A stretch of DNA of 57,055 bases from Candidatus Limnocylindrales bacterium (GCA_035699725.1 DASSPG010000144.1:1-57055); one strand, 5' to 3'; numbered from the stretch's first letter, positions 18,024 through 27,677 are shown. The notes: generated by a model from the sequence alone, not told the origin. Made by a program: numbers and translations.

Positions 18024-19964
18024 GTGCCGATGTTGACGGTGTCTCCGCCCGGGACGAGGATGCGCCCGATGGGGGTCGATCGATCGCACCACGCCGCGCT
18101 GCTCCACCCGGTCGCGATCGGCGCCCTGGTGCTGCTCCTCGCCAACGACCACGTGCTGAAGGCCGCCTGGCCGGGCTGGTGGACGGGCAAGCTCTCGGAC
18201 GTGGCGGGGCTGATCGTCGCTCCGGTCGCGCTCGTCGCCCTCACCCGTCTGCTCCCGCCCGGGCGCCGGCCCGGTCCGACGGCGATCGCGATCGCGGTCG
18301 CGGCGGTGTTCGCCGCCGTGAAGACCCTCCCGCCGGCCAACGACGCGTACGCGGTCGCCTCCGGGGTCATCTCCTGGCCGATCCTCGCCGTTGGTGGCCT
18401 CCTGGTCGGGCGGTCGATCGGGCTGCCCGGGTTGGCTCCCACCCGTCTCGATCCGGGCGACCTCATTGCGCTGCCGGCGGTCGCGGTCGGCTGGTGGCTG
18501 GCAGCCGGTGCCGCTCGGCCGGCCCTCGCCGTCCCCTCGGCCGCGAGGCCGCTGGCCCGCGTCGCCGTGCTGGGGGCGGCGCTGTTCGCCGTGGCGGCCA
18601 CCTCCATCGCTCCGCCCCGGTCGATCACCTCGGTCGGCCCGGACGTCGCGACGGTCGTCGGCGGCGGCGAGGCCGTCCATCGATCGGCGACGGTTCGGCC
18701 CGTCCCGCTGCCGTCGCCCTCGGGGGGCGGGGCGAGGGCCGGATCGATCCGCATCCAAGCGCGTCCGGTCTGGCCACTCAACAGTCCGCCGGTCCGGTTC
18801 GCCGTGACGGTGGAGGGAGCCGGGGGCGCCGCGGGACCGGCGCCGGTCGTCCCGATCCCGCCGGACCGTTGCGGGGACCGCTGCGAGCTGCGCGTCGATG
18901 TCGCCATCGACTGGGCCGACGGGGCGGGTCGTGGCGAGACCTCGGTCGCGTGGGAGCTCGTCGTCACGACCGATGCCGGGCCGAACAGCTACCTCCAGTG
19001 GGGCAGCCCCGTGGCGGATGTCGAGGGCGGCCGCGGTCGGAGTCGCGGCGGCGGTGAGGCCGTCGTGCTCGGCAGCCTCCTTGTCCTGCCCCTGGCCGGG
19101 ATCGCTCTCGGACGAGGGAGCGTCGGCCGTCGGCTCGACGCGCTCGTCGCGCGACGCCCGGAGCGAGGGTCGTGGGTGACCGCGGCGCTCGTCGGCGCCT
19201 CGCTCGGGGTGGCGGGCGTCCTCGCCTGGTTCGTCGGCGTCGTCACGACGAGTTCGGGCGTCGGGCGCGTCCTCGGCACCACGCCGGCGATGCACGGGCT
19301 CGTCGCGCTGGCGCTTGTCGGTGGACTGGGCTGGGGCGTCGTCGAGTGGATCCGTGGCCGCGGTCTGGCACTCACGGGCGCCGCCGGCGTGACCGCGGTC
19401 GTCGGCCTGCCGATGGCCGGCATCCTCGTCGGGTCCGCCAGCCCGACCTTTGCGATTCGTGGCTTGCTCGTCGGGCTGGCCTTCGCTGCCTGCCTGTCGG
19501 TCATCGCGCTGCTCGCGCCGACCCGCCTCGGGGACGCCGCCCGAACCGCCACCTCCCTTCGGATCGGCATCCTGGTCAGTCAGTTGGCGGTGGTCGCGGC
19601 GCTCGTCCTGGCGGCGCCGGGGTTCCTCGGCGCCGGCGCCGCGCTCCTCGCCGCTCTGCACGTCGTCGCACTCGGATCGTGGTGGAGCGGCCGGGGGCGG
19701 GGCCTCGCGCTGACCACCCTCCTCATCGCCGGGGGAACCGGGCTGGCGATCCTCGTTCGCGGTCCGAGCATCGCCTTCGTCTCCCGGACCTGGACCCCGC
19801 CGGAGACGGTGCTCCAGTACGCGGTGCTCGTCGGATGTGGGATCGCCTTCCTTGCCGTCATGGGCGTGGGCGAACATCCCGATCGGCCGGCCGGCGCGGC
19901 GTCCGAACCCTCCGCGTCCTCCGAGCCGGCCGCGCCGCGCGACCCGGAGTCGCCCGCCCGATAG
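18024..19964 (+). CDS. large polytopic membrane protein, unknown function
   Basis: 646 aa. It has about 5 N-terminal helices (LANDHVLKAAWPGWWTGKLSDVAGL motif), a central non-hydrophobic domain of about 170 aa containing a CGDRC pair, then about 8 more helices. The start is uncertain (GTG 18024, or ATG 18030 and later). Confidence 0.7.
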   Translation: MPMLTVSPPGTRMRPMGVDRSHHAALLHPVAIGALVLLLANDHVLKAAWPGWWTGKLSDVAGLIVAPVALVALTRLLPPGRRPGPTAIAIAVAAVFAAVKTLPPANDAYAVASGVISWPILAVGGLLVGRSIGLPGLAPTRLDPGDLIALPAVAVGWWLAAGAARPALAVPSAARPLARVAVLGAALFAVAATSIAPPRSITSVGPDVATVVGGGEAVHRSATVRPVPLPSPSGGGARAGSIRIQARPVWPLNSPPVRFAVTVEGAGGAAGPAPVVPIPPDRCGDRCELRVDVAIDWADGAGRGETSVAWELVVTTDAGPNSYLQWGSPVADVEGGRGRSRGGGEAVVLGSLLVLPLAGIALGRGSVGRRLDALVARRPERGSWVTAALVGASLGVAGVLAWFVGVVTTSSGVGRVLGTTPAMHGLVALALVGGLGWGVVEWIRGRGLALTGAAGVTAVVGLPMAGILVGSASPTFAIRGLLVGLAFAACLSVIALLAPTRLGDAARTATSLRIGILVSQLAVVAALVLAAPGFLGAGAALLAALHVVALGSWWSGRGRGLALTTLLIAGGTGLAILVRGPSIAFVSRTWTPPETVLQYAVLVGCGIAFLAVMGVGEHPDRPAGAASEPSASSEPAAPRDPESPAR

Positions 19965-19976
19965 CATGGGCCCGCG

Positions 19977-21050
19977 ATGCCGCCCCGACCCCTCCTGCCG
20001 CCCGACGACCTCTATGCCCGCCTCGAGCTGCCGATCGACGCCTCGTTCGAGGCGGTCGAGGTCGCCTGGCGGGCGCTCCTGAAGCGGCACCACCCCGACG
20101 TCGCCGGCGCGGGCGCCGACCCCCTCGCCAAGCAGATCAACGTCGCCCACGACTGGCTGTCCGATCCCGAGCTCCGTGCTCGCTACGACCGCGAGCGGCA
20201 TCCGCGCCGCGGCGTCCGCGACGGGCGCTCGCCCCGGGGCGGGCCGCGGGCGGAGGCAGCGGCCCCGCGCGGCGTGCCTCGCGGCCCCGGCCGGGGTCGG
20301 GTGGTCCGGGCGGCGCCACGCCGCGCCATCGACCCGGAGGAGGCGCTCCGCCGCCACCTCGAGCGGATCGCCCGCCTCACCCCCGACGAGCTCGACCGCC
20401 TCGCCCTCGCGGAGACCCAGCCGATCGCGTTCGTCGCCTCGATCGCGCGCTTCCTGCCCAAGGATCGCCTCGCCTCGCTCCAGACCGTCGAGCAGCGGGT
20501 CCAGGACGTGCTCCCGGCACGCGCCCGCTGGGACGCGGCGACCCGCGACGCGGCGGTCGGGTTCGCGTATGAGCTGCTCCTGGGGCCGTTCCTCGACGAG
20601 CACCTCTCCGAGCCGTTCCGGGAGCGCGTCCGCGAGCGCCTGGCGCGCGGCTGGGAAGCGGCGGTCGACCAGCCGCGCTACGGCCCGAACACCGTCGCCG
20701 TCGCGGACGCGATCCAACGCCTCCGGGCGCTGTCGTCGCCGGAGCGTTCCCGGCTCGCCGCAGACGCGGGTCGCCCCATGCTCCGGTCCGACCTGCCCTG
20801 GCCGCGCGGCCTCTCGGCGAACGACGACGATGCGCTGCGAGTCTCGTCCGCGCTCGCCCAGCGGGATGCGGTCGCGCTGCTCGACGACCGGGCATCGGCG
20901 CACGCTCGCCGGACGCTCGCCCGTGCGGTGCACGGCCTGGTCCTTCGCCACGGGTTCAGCGCCGCGGAACTCGACGCGCTCGTGGGACCGTGGCGAGAGG
21001 TCGTCGCGCCGGCGCCCGCCCCGCCCCGCGCCCGTCGTGCCTCGGGCTGA
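19977..21050 (+). CDS. J-domain protein with an uncharacterised C-terminal domain
   Basis: DLYARLELPIDASFEAVEVAWRALLKRHHPDVAG...NVAHDWLSDPELRARYD is a J domain with HPD. There is no G/F or Zn-finger region. It starts 13 nt after the membrane protein gene. Confidence 0.8.
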   Translation: MPPRPLLPPDDLYARLELPIDASFEAVEVAWRALLKRHHPDVAGAGADPLAKQINVAHDWLSDPELRARYDRERHPRRGVRDGRSPRGGPRAEAAAPRGVPRGPGRGRVVRAAPRRAIDPEEALRRHLERIARLTPDELDRLALAETQPIAFVASIARFLPKDRLASLQTVEQRVQDVLPARARWDAATRDAAVGFAYELLLGPFLDEHLSEPFRERVRERLARGWEAAVDQPRYGPNTVAVADAIQRLRALSSPERSRLAADAGRPMLRSDLPWPRGLSANDDDALRVSSALAQRDAVALLDDRASAHARRTLARAVHGLVLRHGFSAAELDALVGPWREVVAPAPAPPRARRASG

Positions 21051-21462
21051 GCGGCTCGACGGCGAACAGTCCGCAACTTCGTCAACCACTCACCGGGGGA
21101 CTGCACCGGCGTCAATTCCGCGCGGCCACGCTCCCGGCCGTCGGGTCGGACCAGCGCTTCACGCTCAGCCGGCCAGGCTCAACCGTCGCTGGAGCGCCGA
21201 TCTGACCGGCGAACCCGCCGTACGAGTCCTCGCCTGGCTGGTTGACGAAGTCAGGCCGCTCGGGCCGGCCGGCGGGGGGACGGAATCGGACAGGCGTTCG
21301 ACAGGAAGGCAGGCCATCGGCTACCCTGAGGTCCTCTCGTGTTCGATGGGCGCTCCGGTCAGCGCCCCGGTCCCCGAAACCGTCGACCCCGAAACCCACA
21401 CCGTGCCCTGACCGGGCCCCGCCAAGCGAGCGGGAGGGCCCTCGTCAGGAGTCACCTTCCTC

Positions 21463-23181
21463 ATGTCCTTCGATGCCCTCGGGCTGACCCCCGAGCTCCT
21501 CCGCGCCGTCGCGGACCAGGGCTACACCGAGCCGACCCCCGTCCAGCGCGAGGCGATCCCCCTCGTCCTCGCCGGCCGCGACCTGCTCGCCGGCGCCCAG
21601 ACCGGCACCGGCAAGACCGCCGCGTTCGTGCTGCCCATCCTCCAGCGGCTCAATGCCGGACCGGCCCGGGCCGACAACCGCGACACCCGCGCCCCCGGCC
21701 CCTCGCCGATCCGCTGCCTCGTCCTCACCCCGACCCGGGAGCTCGCGCTCCAGGTCGAGGAGAGCGTCCGGATCTACGGCGCCCAGCGCCGGGTCCGATC
21801 GGTCGCGATCTACGGCGGCGTCGGGTACGACCCGCAGATCCGCGCCCTGCGCGCCGGACCGGCCGTCGTCGTCGCGACCCCGGGCCGCCTGCTCGACCAC
21901 ATCGCCCAGCGCCACGTCGACCTGACGCGGCTCGAGGTCCTCGTCCTCGACGAGGCCGACCGGATGCTCGACATGGGCTTCATCCGCGACATCCGCAAGG
22001 TCCTCGCGCTACTCCCCGCTGAACGCCAGAACCTGCTCTTCTCGGCGACGTTCTCGGACGAAATCCGGCGCCTCGCCGCAGGCATCCTCCACGATCCCGC
22101 GATGGTCCAGGTCACGCCGCGCAACACGGCGACCGAGCTCGTCACCCAGATCGTCCACCCGGTCGATCGGGAGCGGAAGCGCGACCTCCTCAGCCACCTG
22201 ATCCACTCCGGCCGGGTCGAGCAGGCCCTCGTCTTCACCCGGACCAAGCACGGTGCGAACCGCCTGGCCGAGCAGCTCGGTCGGGACGGGATCTCCGCTG
22301 CGGCGATCCACGGCAACAAGAGCCAGGGCCAGCGGGTCCGCGCGCTCGACGACTTCAAGCGCAACCGGGTCGCCATCCTGGTCGCGACCGAGGTCGCCTC
22401 GCGCGGGCTCGACATCGAGGACCTGCCGCACGTCGTGAACTATGAGCTGCCGATGGTCCCCGAGGACTACGTCCACCGGATCGGCCGGACCGGTCGAGCC
22501 GAGAAGACCGGCGACGCGATCTCGCTCGTGTGCGTCGACGAGGGACCGCTCCTGCGCGACATCGAGAAGCTCCTCGGCCGATCGATCCCGACCGAGGTGA
22601 TCCCGGGTTTCGAGCCCGATCGCTCGATCCGCGCCGAGCCGATCCGCCAGCGCTCGGCCGGACCGCGGTTCCAGAACCCGGCGCGCGGCAGCGGCCCACG
22701 CCCGATCCCGGCGGGCCAGCGGGGCGGCGCGTCCGCCCATCGCGACCGCGGCCCGGTCGTCACCAACCACGGCCCGATCCGCCACGCGGCCGGTACGGCC
22801 CCGGACCGCAGCCAGGCGCCGCGCCCGGCCGCGTCCCGTGGCGGCGTCGACGGCGGACCCTTCGGCCCCGGTCAGAACCGCGGCGCCGGCGGCGCCCCGA
22901 ACCGCGGCGGCGGCATCCCCGGCCCGCGTCGGCGCTCCAACAACGGCGGCCCGCGACCCGGCCACAGCGGTCCGCGTCGGCCGGCCCCGGCCGGCACCGG
23001 GATCGGCAACGGCGGCGGCCCCCGCCCGAACTGGACCGCCGAGCGGACCGGCCCGATCCGCGACGACCGCAACGGCCGCCCCGGCAGCCACTCCGGCCAG
23101 TCCCGGCCGCAGGCCGGCCACCCGGGTAGCGTCCGGGCATTGCCGGGCGAGCGCCTGGCACGAGCCGACCGCCGCGACTGA
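21463..23181 (+). CDS. DEAD-box ATP-dependent RNA helicase (RhlE-like) with an Arg/Gly/Pro-rich tail
   Basis: Q-motif [30 protein letters not shown] and HRIGRTGR. The last roughly 190 aa are low-complexity and basic. Confidence 0.95.
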   Translation: MSFDALGLTPELLRAVADQGYTEPTPVQREAIPLVLAGRDLLAGAQTGTGKTAAFVLPILQRLNAGPARADNRDTRAPGPSPIRCLVLTPTRELALQVEESVRIYGAQRRVRSVAIYGGVGYDPQIRALRAGPAVVVATPGRLLDHIAQRHVDLTRLEVLVLDEADRMLDMGFIRDIRKVLALLPAERQNLLFSATFSDEIRRLAAGILHDPAMVQVTPRNTATELVTQIVHPVDRERKRDLLSHLIHSGRVEQALVFTRTKHGANRLAEQLGRDGISAAAIHGNKSQGQRVRALDDFKRNRVAILVATEVASRGLDIEDLPHVVNYELPMVPEDYVHRIGRTGRAEKTGDAISLVCVDEGPLLRDIEKLLGRSIPTEVIPGFEPDRSIRAEPIRQRSAGPRFQNPARGSGPRPIPAGQRGGASAHRDRGPVVTNHGPIRHAAGTAPDRSQAPRPAASRGGVDGGPFGPGQNRGAGGAPNRGGGIPGPRRRSNNGGPRPGHSGPRRPAPAGTGIGNGGGPRPNWTAERTGPIRDDRNGRPGSHSGQSRPQAGHPGSVRALPGERLARADRRD

Positions 23182-23197
23182 CGCGATCGGGCCCGCG

Positions 23198-23551
23198 ATG
23201 CGCGACGACATCGACCTGTTCGCCGGGTTGCCGGTCGACGACTTCCCGGCCGCGCTGGCCTGGTACGAGCGGCTGCTCGGCGCCCCACCGACCTTCTTCG
23301 CGACCGAGACGGAAGCCGTCTGGGAGCTTGCGGCGCATCGTTGGGTGTACATCGAGCAGCGACCCGAACGCGCCGGTCACTCGATGGTCACGCTGCTGGT
23401 CGACGACCTCGACGCGACCGTCGAGGGGATCGCGGGTCGGGGCATCGAGCCCGCGACGAGCGAGATCTACGAGAACGGGGTTCGCAAGGTGACCTACCGC
23501 GATCCCGACGGCAACGAGATCGGGTTCGGCGGATCCCCGCCGTCCGAATGA
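23198..23551 (+). CDS. VOC/glyoxalase-fold family protein
   Basis: 117 aa read from an internal ATG of track ORF 22838..23551. The sequence ...VTYRDPDGNEIGFG is a typical VOC C-terminal strand. Confidence 0.75.
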   Translation: MRDDIDLFAGLPVDDFPAALAWYERLLGAPPTFFATETEAVWELAAHRWVYIEQRPERAGHSMVTLLVDDLDATVEGIAGRGIEPATSEIYENGVRKVTYRDPDGNEIGFGGSPPSE

Positions 23552-23658
23552 GGGGAGCCCGGGGGTCGCCTGCGACGGGACCCCCGACGCCGTCGCTGTG
23601 ACGGAACCGTGACCCACAGCGGGCCGCGTGGCCCTGTCGCGCGGGAGCGGCGGTCGCT

Positions 23659-24399
23659 ATGCTCGGCCGACCGCCCGGCCGCTCGGCCGGCGACCCAGCG
23701 GAGGCGCCGTCACCGTCCGTGGATGCCCGGATCCTGCTCGTCGAGGATGACCCGTCGATCCGCGAGGTGACCGCGATCGGGCTGGGCGCGGCCGGCTTTG
23801 CCGTCACCACCACCGCCGACGGCGTCGAGGGGATCGAGCGCTTCAAGGCCGATCCGTTCGATCTCGTCCTGCTCGACGTCATGCTCCCGCGCCTCGACGG
23901 CTACGAGGTCTGCCGCCAGATCCGCCGGACCTCGACCGTGCCCGTCGTGATGCTGACCGCCCGGGCCGACACGATGGACGTCGTCGTCGGGCTCGAGGCC
24001 GGCGCTGATGACTACGTCCGCAAGCCCTTCGAGGTGCCGGAGCTGATCGCCCGGATCCGGGCCGCGCTGCGCCGTGCGGCGGGCGCGATCGGTGAGGCGA
24101 CGACCCTCCGCCTGGGCACGCTCGAGATCGACATCGCCGGCCGGACGGTCAGTCGGGCGGGAGCCGACGTCCCGTTGACGCGGACCGAGTTCGACCTCCT
24201 GCTCGAGCTCGTCCGCCACGCCGGCCAGGTCCTGACCCGCGACGTGCTGCTCGACCGGGTCTGGGGCTACGACTACCTCGGCGACTCGCGCCTCGTCGAT
24301 GTCGCGATCCAGCGCCTGCGATCGAAGATCGAGACCGACCCCGCGGCGCCCGAGCTGATCCAGACCGTCCGCGGGGCGGGCTACAAGGCCACGCGATGA
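23659..24399 (+). CDS. mtrA: OmpR-family response regulator, MtrA-like
   Basis: ILLVEDDPSI, LVLLDVMLPRLDG, and MLTARADTMDVVVGLEAGADDYVRKPF (close to the MtrA block as I recall it). Winged-helix end IQTVRGAGY. The start could instead be GTG 23719. Confidence 0.85.
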   Translation: MLGRPPGRSAGDPAEAPSPSVDARILLVEDDPSIREVTAIGLGAAGFAVTTTADGVEGIERFKADPFDLVLLDVMLPRLDGYEVCRQIRRTSTVPVVMLTARADTMDVVVGLEAGADDYVRKPFEVPELIARIRAALRRAAGAIGEATTLRLGTLEIDIAGRTVSRAGADVPLTRTEFDLLLELVRHAGQVLTRDVLLDRVWGYDYLGDSRLVDVAIQRLRSKIETDPAAPELIQTVRGAGYKATR

Positions 24400-24424
24400 G
24401 CGCGGCTTCCCGAGCCGGCCACCG

Positions 24425-25861
24425 ATGATCGGCGGCGTCCGGGCCCGCCTCACCGCCACGATCGTCTTCCTCGTCGTCCTGACCGCGGTCGTCCTGGGCG
24501 TCGCCGCATACCTCTTCGTCGACGCCCGCCTCCACCAGCAGACCCTCGACGAAGCGCGTGACCAGGCCCGGTTCGACCTCTCGGTCCTGGCCCCCTCGCG
24601 GCTCCCGGGCAATCCGCCGACCGAGGAGGAGATCCTCTCGCTCCTCGCCGACTTCGAGTTCCGCAACCTGCCGACGATCCTCGTCCCGGCCGGCGACCAG
24701 GCGTACGTCTCCTCGGCCGAGCTCGATGGGGTCGTCAACGCGATCCCGGCCGACGTCCGTCGCTACGTCGACGAGGGCCAGGTCGCCTACTCGTGGCAGC
24801 CGGTCGCGGGCAGGCCGAGCCTGATCATCGGCGGGCGGTCCGCCGGGACCGGCCCGGAGCTGTACTTCGTGCGCGACGTGGGCGCGATCGGGCGGGCGCT
24901 CGACCAGCTCCGCCTCGCGCTCGCCGGTGGGGCGCTCGTCCTCGCGCTGGTCGCCGTCGTGGCCGCCCGGCTCGTCGCCCGCGGCGTCCTCGCCCCGGTG
25001 GACGAGGCGGCGCACGCAGCCGAACGGATCGGGCGCGGGGACCTGTCCGCCCGCGTGCCGGTCACCTCGAGCGACGAGTTCGGGCGCTGGGCGGACCGGT
25101 TCAACCGGATGGCCGACTCGCTCGAGGACACGATCCTCCGGCTCGAGGCCGCCCAGTCCCAGAACCGGCGGTTCGTCGCCGACGTCGCCCACGAGCTCCG
25201 CACGCCCGTGGCCGCGCTCGTCGCCGAGGCCTCGCTCCTGCGCGGTCATCTCGACGCGATGCCGTCGGACGCCCGCCGGACCAGCGAGCTCGTCGTCGGT
25301 GACATCGCCCGGTTGCGCGACCTCGTCGAGGACCTGATGGAGCTGTCGCGCTTCGACGCCGACGGGGAGGAGGTCCGCCTCCAGCCGGTCGACCTCCGCC
25401 GCCTGCTCCGCGACGTCGCCGCCGCCCGCCACCGCGACGCCGTCCTCGAGCTCGGCGACGACCGGATCGTCGTCGACAGCGAGCCGCGCCGGCTCGAGCG
25501 GATCCTCGCCAACCTCCTCGACAACGCCCGCGAGCACGCGCCCGGCGCGGTGGTGGTCGTCCGCCTCCGGACGGCGCCCGGCGAGGTCGCGATCTCCGTC
25601 CTGGATCGCGGCCCGGGCGTCCCCCCGGACCGGCTGGACCGCATCTTCGAGCGGTTCTACATGGCCGATCCCTCGCGCCGTGGCGGGAGCGGTCTCGGCC
25701 TCGCGATCGCGGCTGAGAACGCCCGGATCCTGGGCGGCGAGCTGCGCGCCCGGAACCGGACGGGCGGCGGCCTCGAGATCGAGCTCCGGCTGCCCGTGAC
25801 CGAACCGTTACCGGACGGCGATGACGGCGCGATCCAGGGAGACGATGGTGAAGGTCGATGA
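24425..25861 (+). CDS. mtrB: sensor histidine kinase, MtrB-like (2 TM, HAMP, HisKA, HATPase_c)
   Basis: The H-box FVADVAHELRTPV, N-box LLDNAREH, and G-boxes DRGPGV / GGSGLGLAI. Confidence 0.88.
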   Translation: MIGGVRARLTATIVFLVVLTAVVLGVAAYLFVDARLHQQTLDEARDQARFDLSVLAPSRLPGNPPTEEEILSLLADFEFRNLPTILVPAGDQAYVSSAELDGVVNAIPADVRRYVDEGQVAYSWQPVAGRPSLIIGGRSAGTGPELYFVRDVGAIGRALDQLRLALAGGALVLALVAVVAARLVARGVLAPVDEAAHAAERIGRGDLSARVPVTSSDEFGRWADRFNRMADSLEDTILRLEAAQSQNRRFVADVAHELRTPVAALVAEASLLRGHLDAMPSDARRTSELVVGDIARLRDLVEDLMELSRFDADGEEVRLQPVDLRRLLRDVAAARHRDAVLELGDDRIVVDSEPRRLERILANLLDNAREHAPGAVVVVRLRTAPGEVAISVLDRGPGVPPDRLDRIFERFYMADPSRRGGSGLGLAIAAENARILGGELRARNRTGGGLEIELRLPVTEPLPDGDDGAIQGDDGEGR

Positions 25862-26868
25862 ACCACCATCTGCTCGAGGGCTCCACCATGAAGCGTCACC
25901 AGCCAATTTCCCTCGTCGCGATCGTCGTGGCGGTCGCGGTTCTGATCGCCGCGTGTGGCGGGACCAGCGGCCCGCTCGGCTCGCTGCCCGCGCCGTCCGA
26001 TCGGCCGGAGCCATCCGTCGCCCAAGGCAGTCCGGACGTCACGCCGGCGCCGTCAGACGAGCCGACGGACGAACCCTCGGTCCAGCCCAGCACCCCCGCC
26101 GGCAGCCCGGGCCCGTCGGCCGGCCCGACCGGCAAGACGATCGTCCGCGCCTACTTCTGGCTCGGCGGCGTCGAGGGCAGCGCCGGCCTCGTCGCGGTGC
26201 TCCGCGAGGTCCCGGCCACCAAGGCCATCGCCAGCGCGGCCGTCAACGCCCTTCTCGCGGGCCCGACCAGCGGCGAAAGCGGCCGCGCGATCACCTCCGC
26301 CGTCCCGGCTGGCTCGCAGCTCCTCGGCCTGTCGGTCGAGAACGGCGTCGCCACGATCGATCTCTCGAGCGAGTTCGAGTCCGGCGGCGGCAGCGCCTCG
26401 GTCCTGACCCGGCTCGGACAGGTCGTCTACACGCTGACCCAGTTCCCGACCGTCAAGTCGGTCGTGATCCAGATCGAAGGGGAGACCCGCGAGGTCTTCA
26501 GCGGCGAGGGCGTGATCATCGACAAGCCCCTGACCCGCGTCGACTACCAGTCGCTCCTGCCCGACATCTGGGTCGATCGGCCGGCGTTCAACGCCGCGAT
26601 CGGCAACCCGGCCCGCGTGACCGGCAACGCCAACGTCTTCGAGGCGACCTTCCGGATCGCGATCCTCGACGGCGCGGGCAAGGTCCTCGCCGACGAGATG
26701 GTCATGGCCAGCTGCGGCACCGGCTGCCGCGGGACGTTCGACGTGACGATCCCGTACACGGTCAGCAAGGCGCAGTACGGGATCCTGCGGGCGTACAACC
26801 TGTCCGCGCAGGACGGCTCGCCCGAGTCGATCCGCGACTACCGGGTCTGGCTCACGCCGAAGGGCTGA
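25858..26868 (+). CDS. lipoprotein with a GerMN domain plus an Ig-like (Gmad2-type) domain; short LpqB-like partner
   Basis: ATGA overlap with the kinase stop. Lipobox VLIAACGG. The GerMN-like block is VRAYFWLG...LVAVLREVP...AVNALLAGPT...ATIDLSSEF. The C-terminal IWVDRP...GNANVFEATFRIAILD...CGTGCRGTFDVTIPY resembles Gmad2 domains. Confidence 0.75.
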   Translation: MNHHLLEGSTMKRHQPISLVAIVVAVAVLIAACGGTSGPLGSLPAPSDRPEPSVAQGSPDVTPAPSDEPTDEPSVQPSTPAGSPGPSAGPTGKTIVRAYFWLGGVEGSAGLVAVLREVPATKAIASAAVNALLAGPTSGESGRAITSAVPAGSQLLGLSVENGVATIDLSSEFESGGGSASVLTRLGQVVYTLTQFPTVKSVVIQIEGETREVFSGEGVIIDKPLTRVDYQSLLPDIWVDRPAFNAAIGNPARVTGNANVFEATFRIAILDGAGKVLADEMVMASCGTGCRGTFDVTIPYTVSKAQYGILRAYNLSAQDGSPESIRDYRVWLTPKG

Positions 26869-26908
26869 CGCCCAGGCGCAGTCCCGCCTCCGGCGCTCCG
26901 CACTCGAC

Positions 26909-26931
26909 GCCCCGGGTTCAACGCCCGGGGC
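26909..26931. terminator. possible bidirectional hairpin between convergent genes
   Basis: GCCCCGGG-TTCAACG-CCCGGGGC forms an 8-bp GC stem. There is no U-tract on either strand. Confidence 0.3.
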
Positions 26932-26951
26932 GCTCGGCTGTCCGTTCCCGA

Positions 26952-27569
26952 TCAGGCGTGCTTGATCGTGATCCGCTCGATGATGTTCGCCACGTCCTCG
27001 GCTTTGTCGATCGTCGCCTCGAGCAGCCCGTAGATGTCCTTCCACTTCACGAGGCTGACCGGGTCGCGTTCCTCGTGGAAGAGCCCTGCGATCGCCGCCC
27101 GGACGATCCGGTCGCCCTCGTTCTCGAGGCGGTGGATCTCGATCCAGTAGCGGTCGAGGCCCTTGAAGCCCTGGAGGTGGGAGAGGGCGTCGTGGAGGAG
27201 CTCGGCCTGCTTGACGATGATGCCGGCCTGCTCCACGGCGGTCGCGGTCGGGGCCTCGACGCGATACAGGACGAAGGTGTCGGCCGCCTCCTCGACGAGA
27301 TCCAGGACGTCGTCCAGGCCGCTGATCAGGGCGTAGATGTCCTCTCGATCGAAGGGGGTGACGAACGTCGCCTCGAGGCGATGGCCGATCTCGTGGCTGA
27401 TCTCGTCACCGCGGTGCTCGGCCGCCCGGATCTCGGCGGCACGCGCCTCCGGCTGGTCGTAGGTCCGGAGCATCGCCTCGAGCAGGCGCGCCCCGGCCAG
27501 GACGTTTGCGGCGTCGTCGACGAACAGGTCGAAGAAGCGGACGTCGCGGGGGATCAGGCGCAGGCGCAA
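26952..27569 (-). CDS. DUF47 / PhoU-like 'Pit accessory' family protein
   Basis: TTG start 5 nt after GGAGGA. LRLRLIPRDVRFFDLF...HRGDEISHEI...PFDREDIY...IHRLENEGD...KWKDIY..LE is the typical DUF47 pattern at the family-typical 205 aa. The long N-terminal extension in the track (to 28445) was rejected. Confidence 0.85.
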   Translation of the reverse strand: MRLRLIPRDVRFFDLFVDDAANVLAGARLLEAMLRTYDQPEARAAEIRAAEHRGDEISHEIGHRLEATFVTPFDREDIYALISGLDDVLDLVEEAADTFVLYRVEAPTATAVEQAGIIVKQAELLHDALSHLQGFKGLDRYWIEIHRLENEGDRIVRAAIAGLFHEERDPVSLVKWKDIYGLLEATIDKAEDVANIIERITIKHA

Positions 27570-27677
27570 CGGAGTCCTCCGGATCGCTGATCGCTCGGGC
27601 TGCGCGGACTGGGCGCTCCGCTCCGGCGACGCGGTCAGGGTACCGGTTGGCCGACGCCTGTGCGATCCTCGGCCGGC

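Noticed and set aside
14610-21089. A 2159-aa minus-strand ORF, the longest in the track, spanning pit, proS, the membrane protein and a J-domain gene.
   Set aside because: It is antisense to several genes with unmistakable family motifs (PiT, ProRS). Its composition is dominated by Arg/Gly/Asp/Pro with no recognisable domain. Stop-free shadow frames of this kind are expected in DNA whose codons end almost exclusively in G/C.
21112-21399. The 95-aa minus-strand ORF, and the 81-aa and 227-aa plus-strand ORFs, in the spacer upstream of the helicase gene.
   Set aside because: They have no translation signals, poor composition and mutually overlapping frames. The region is interpreted as promoter plus 5' UTR.
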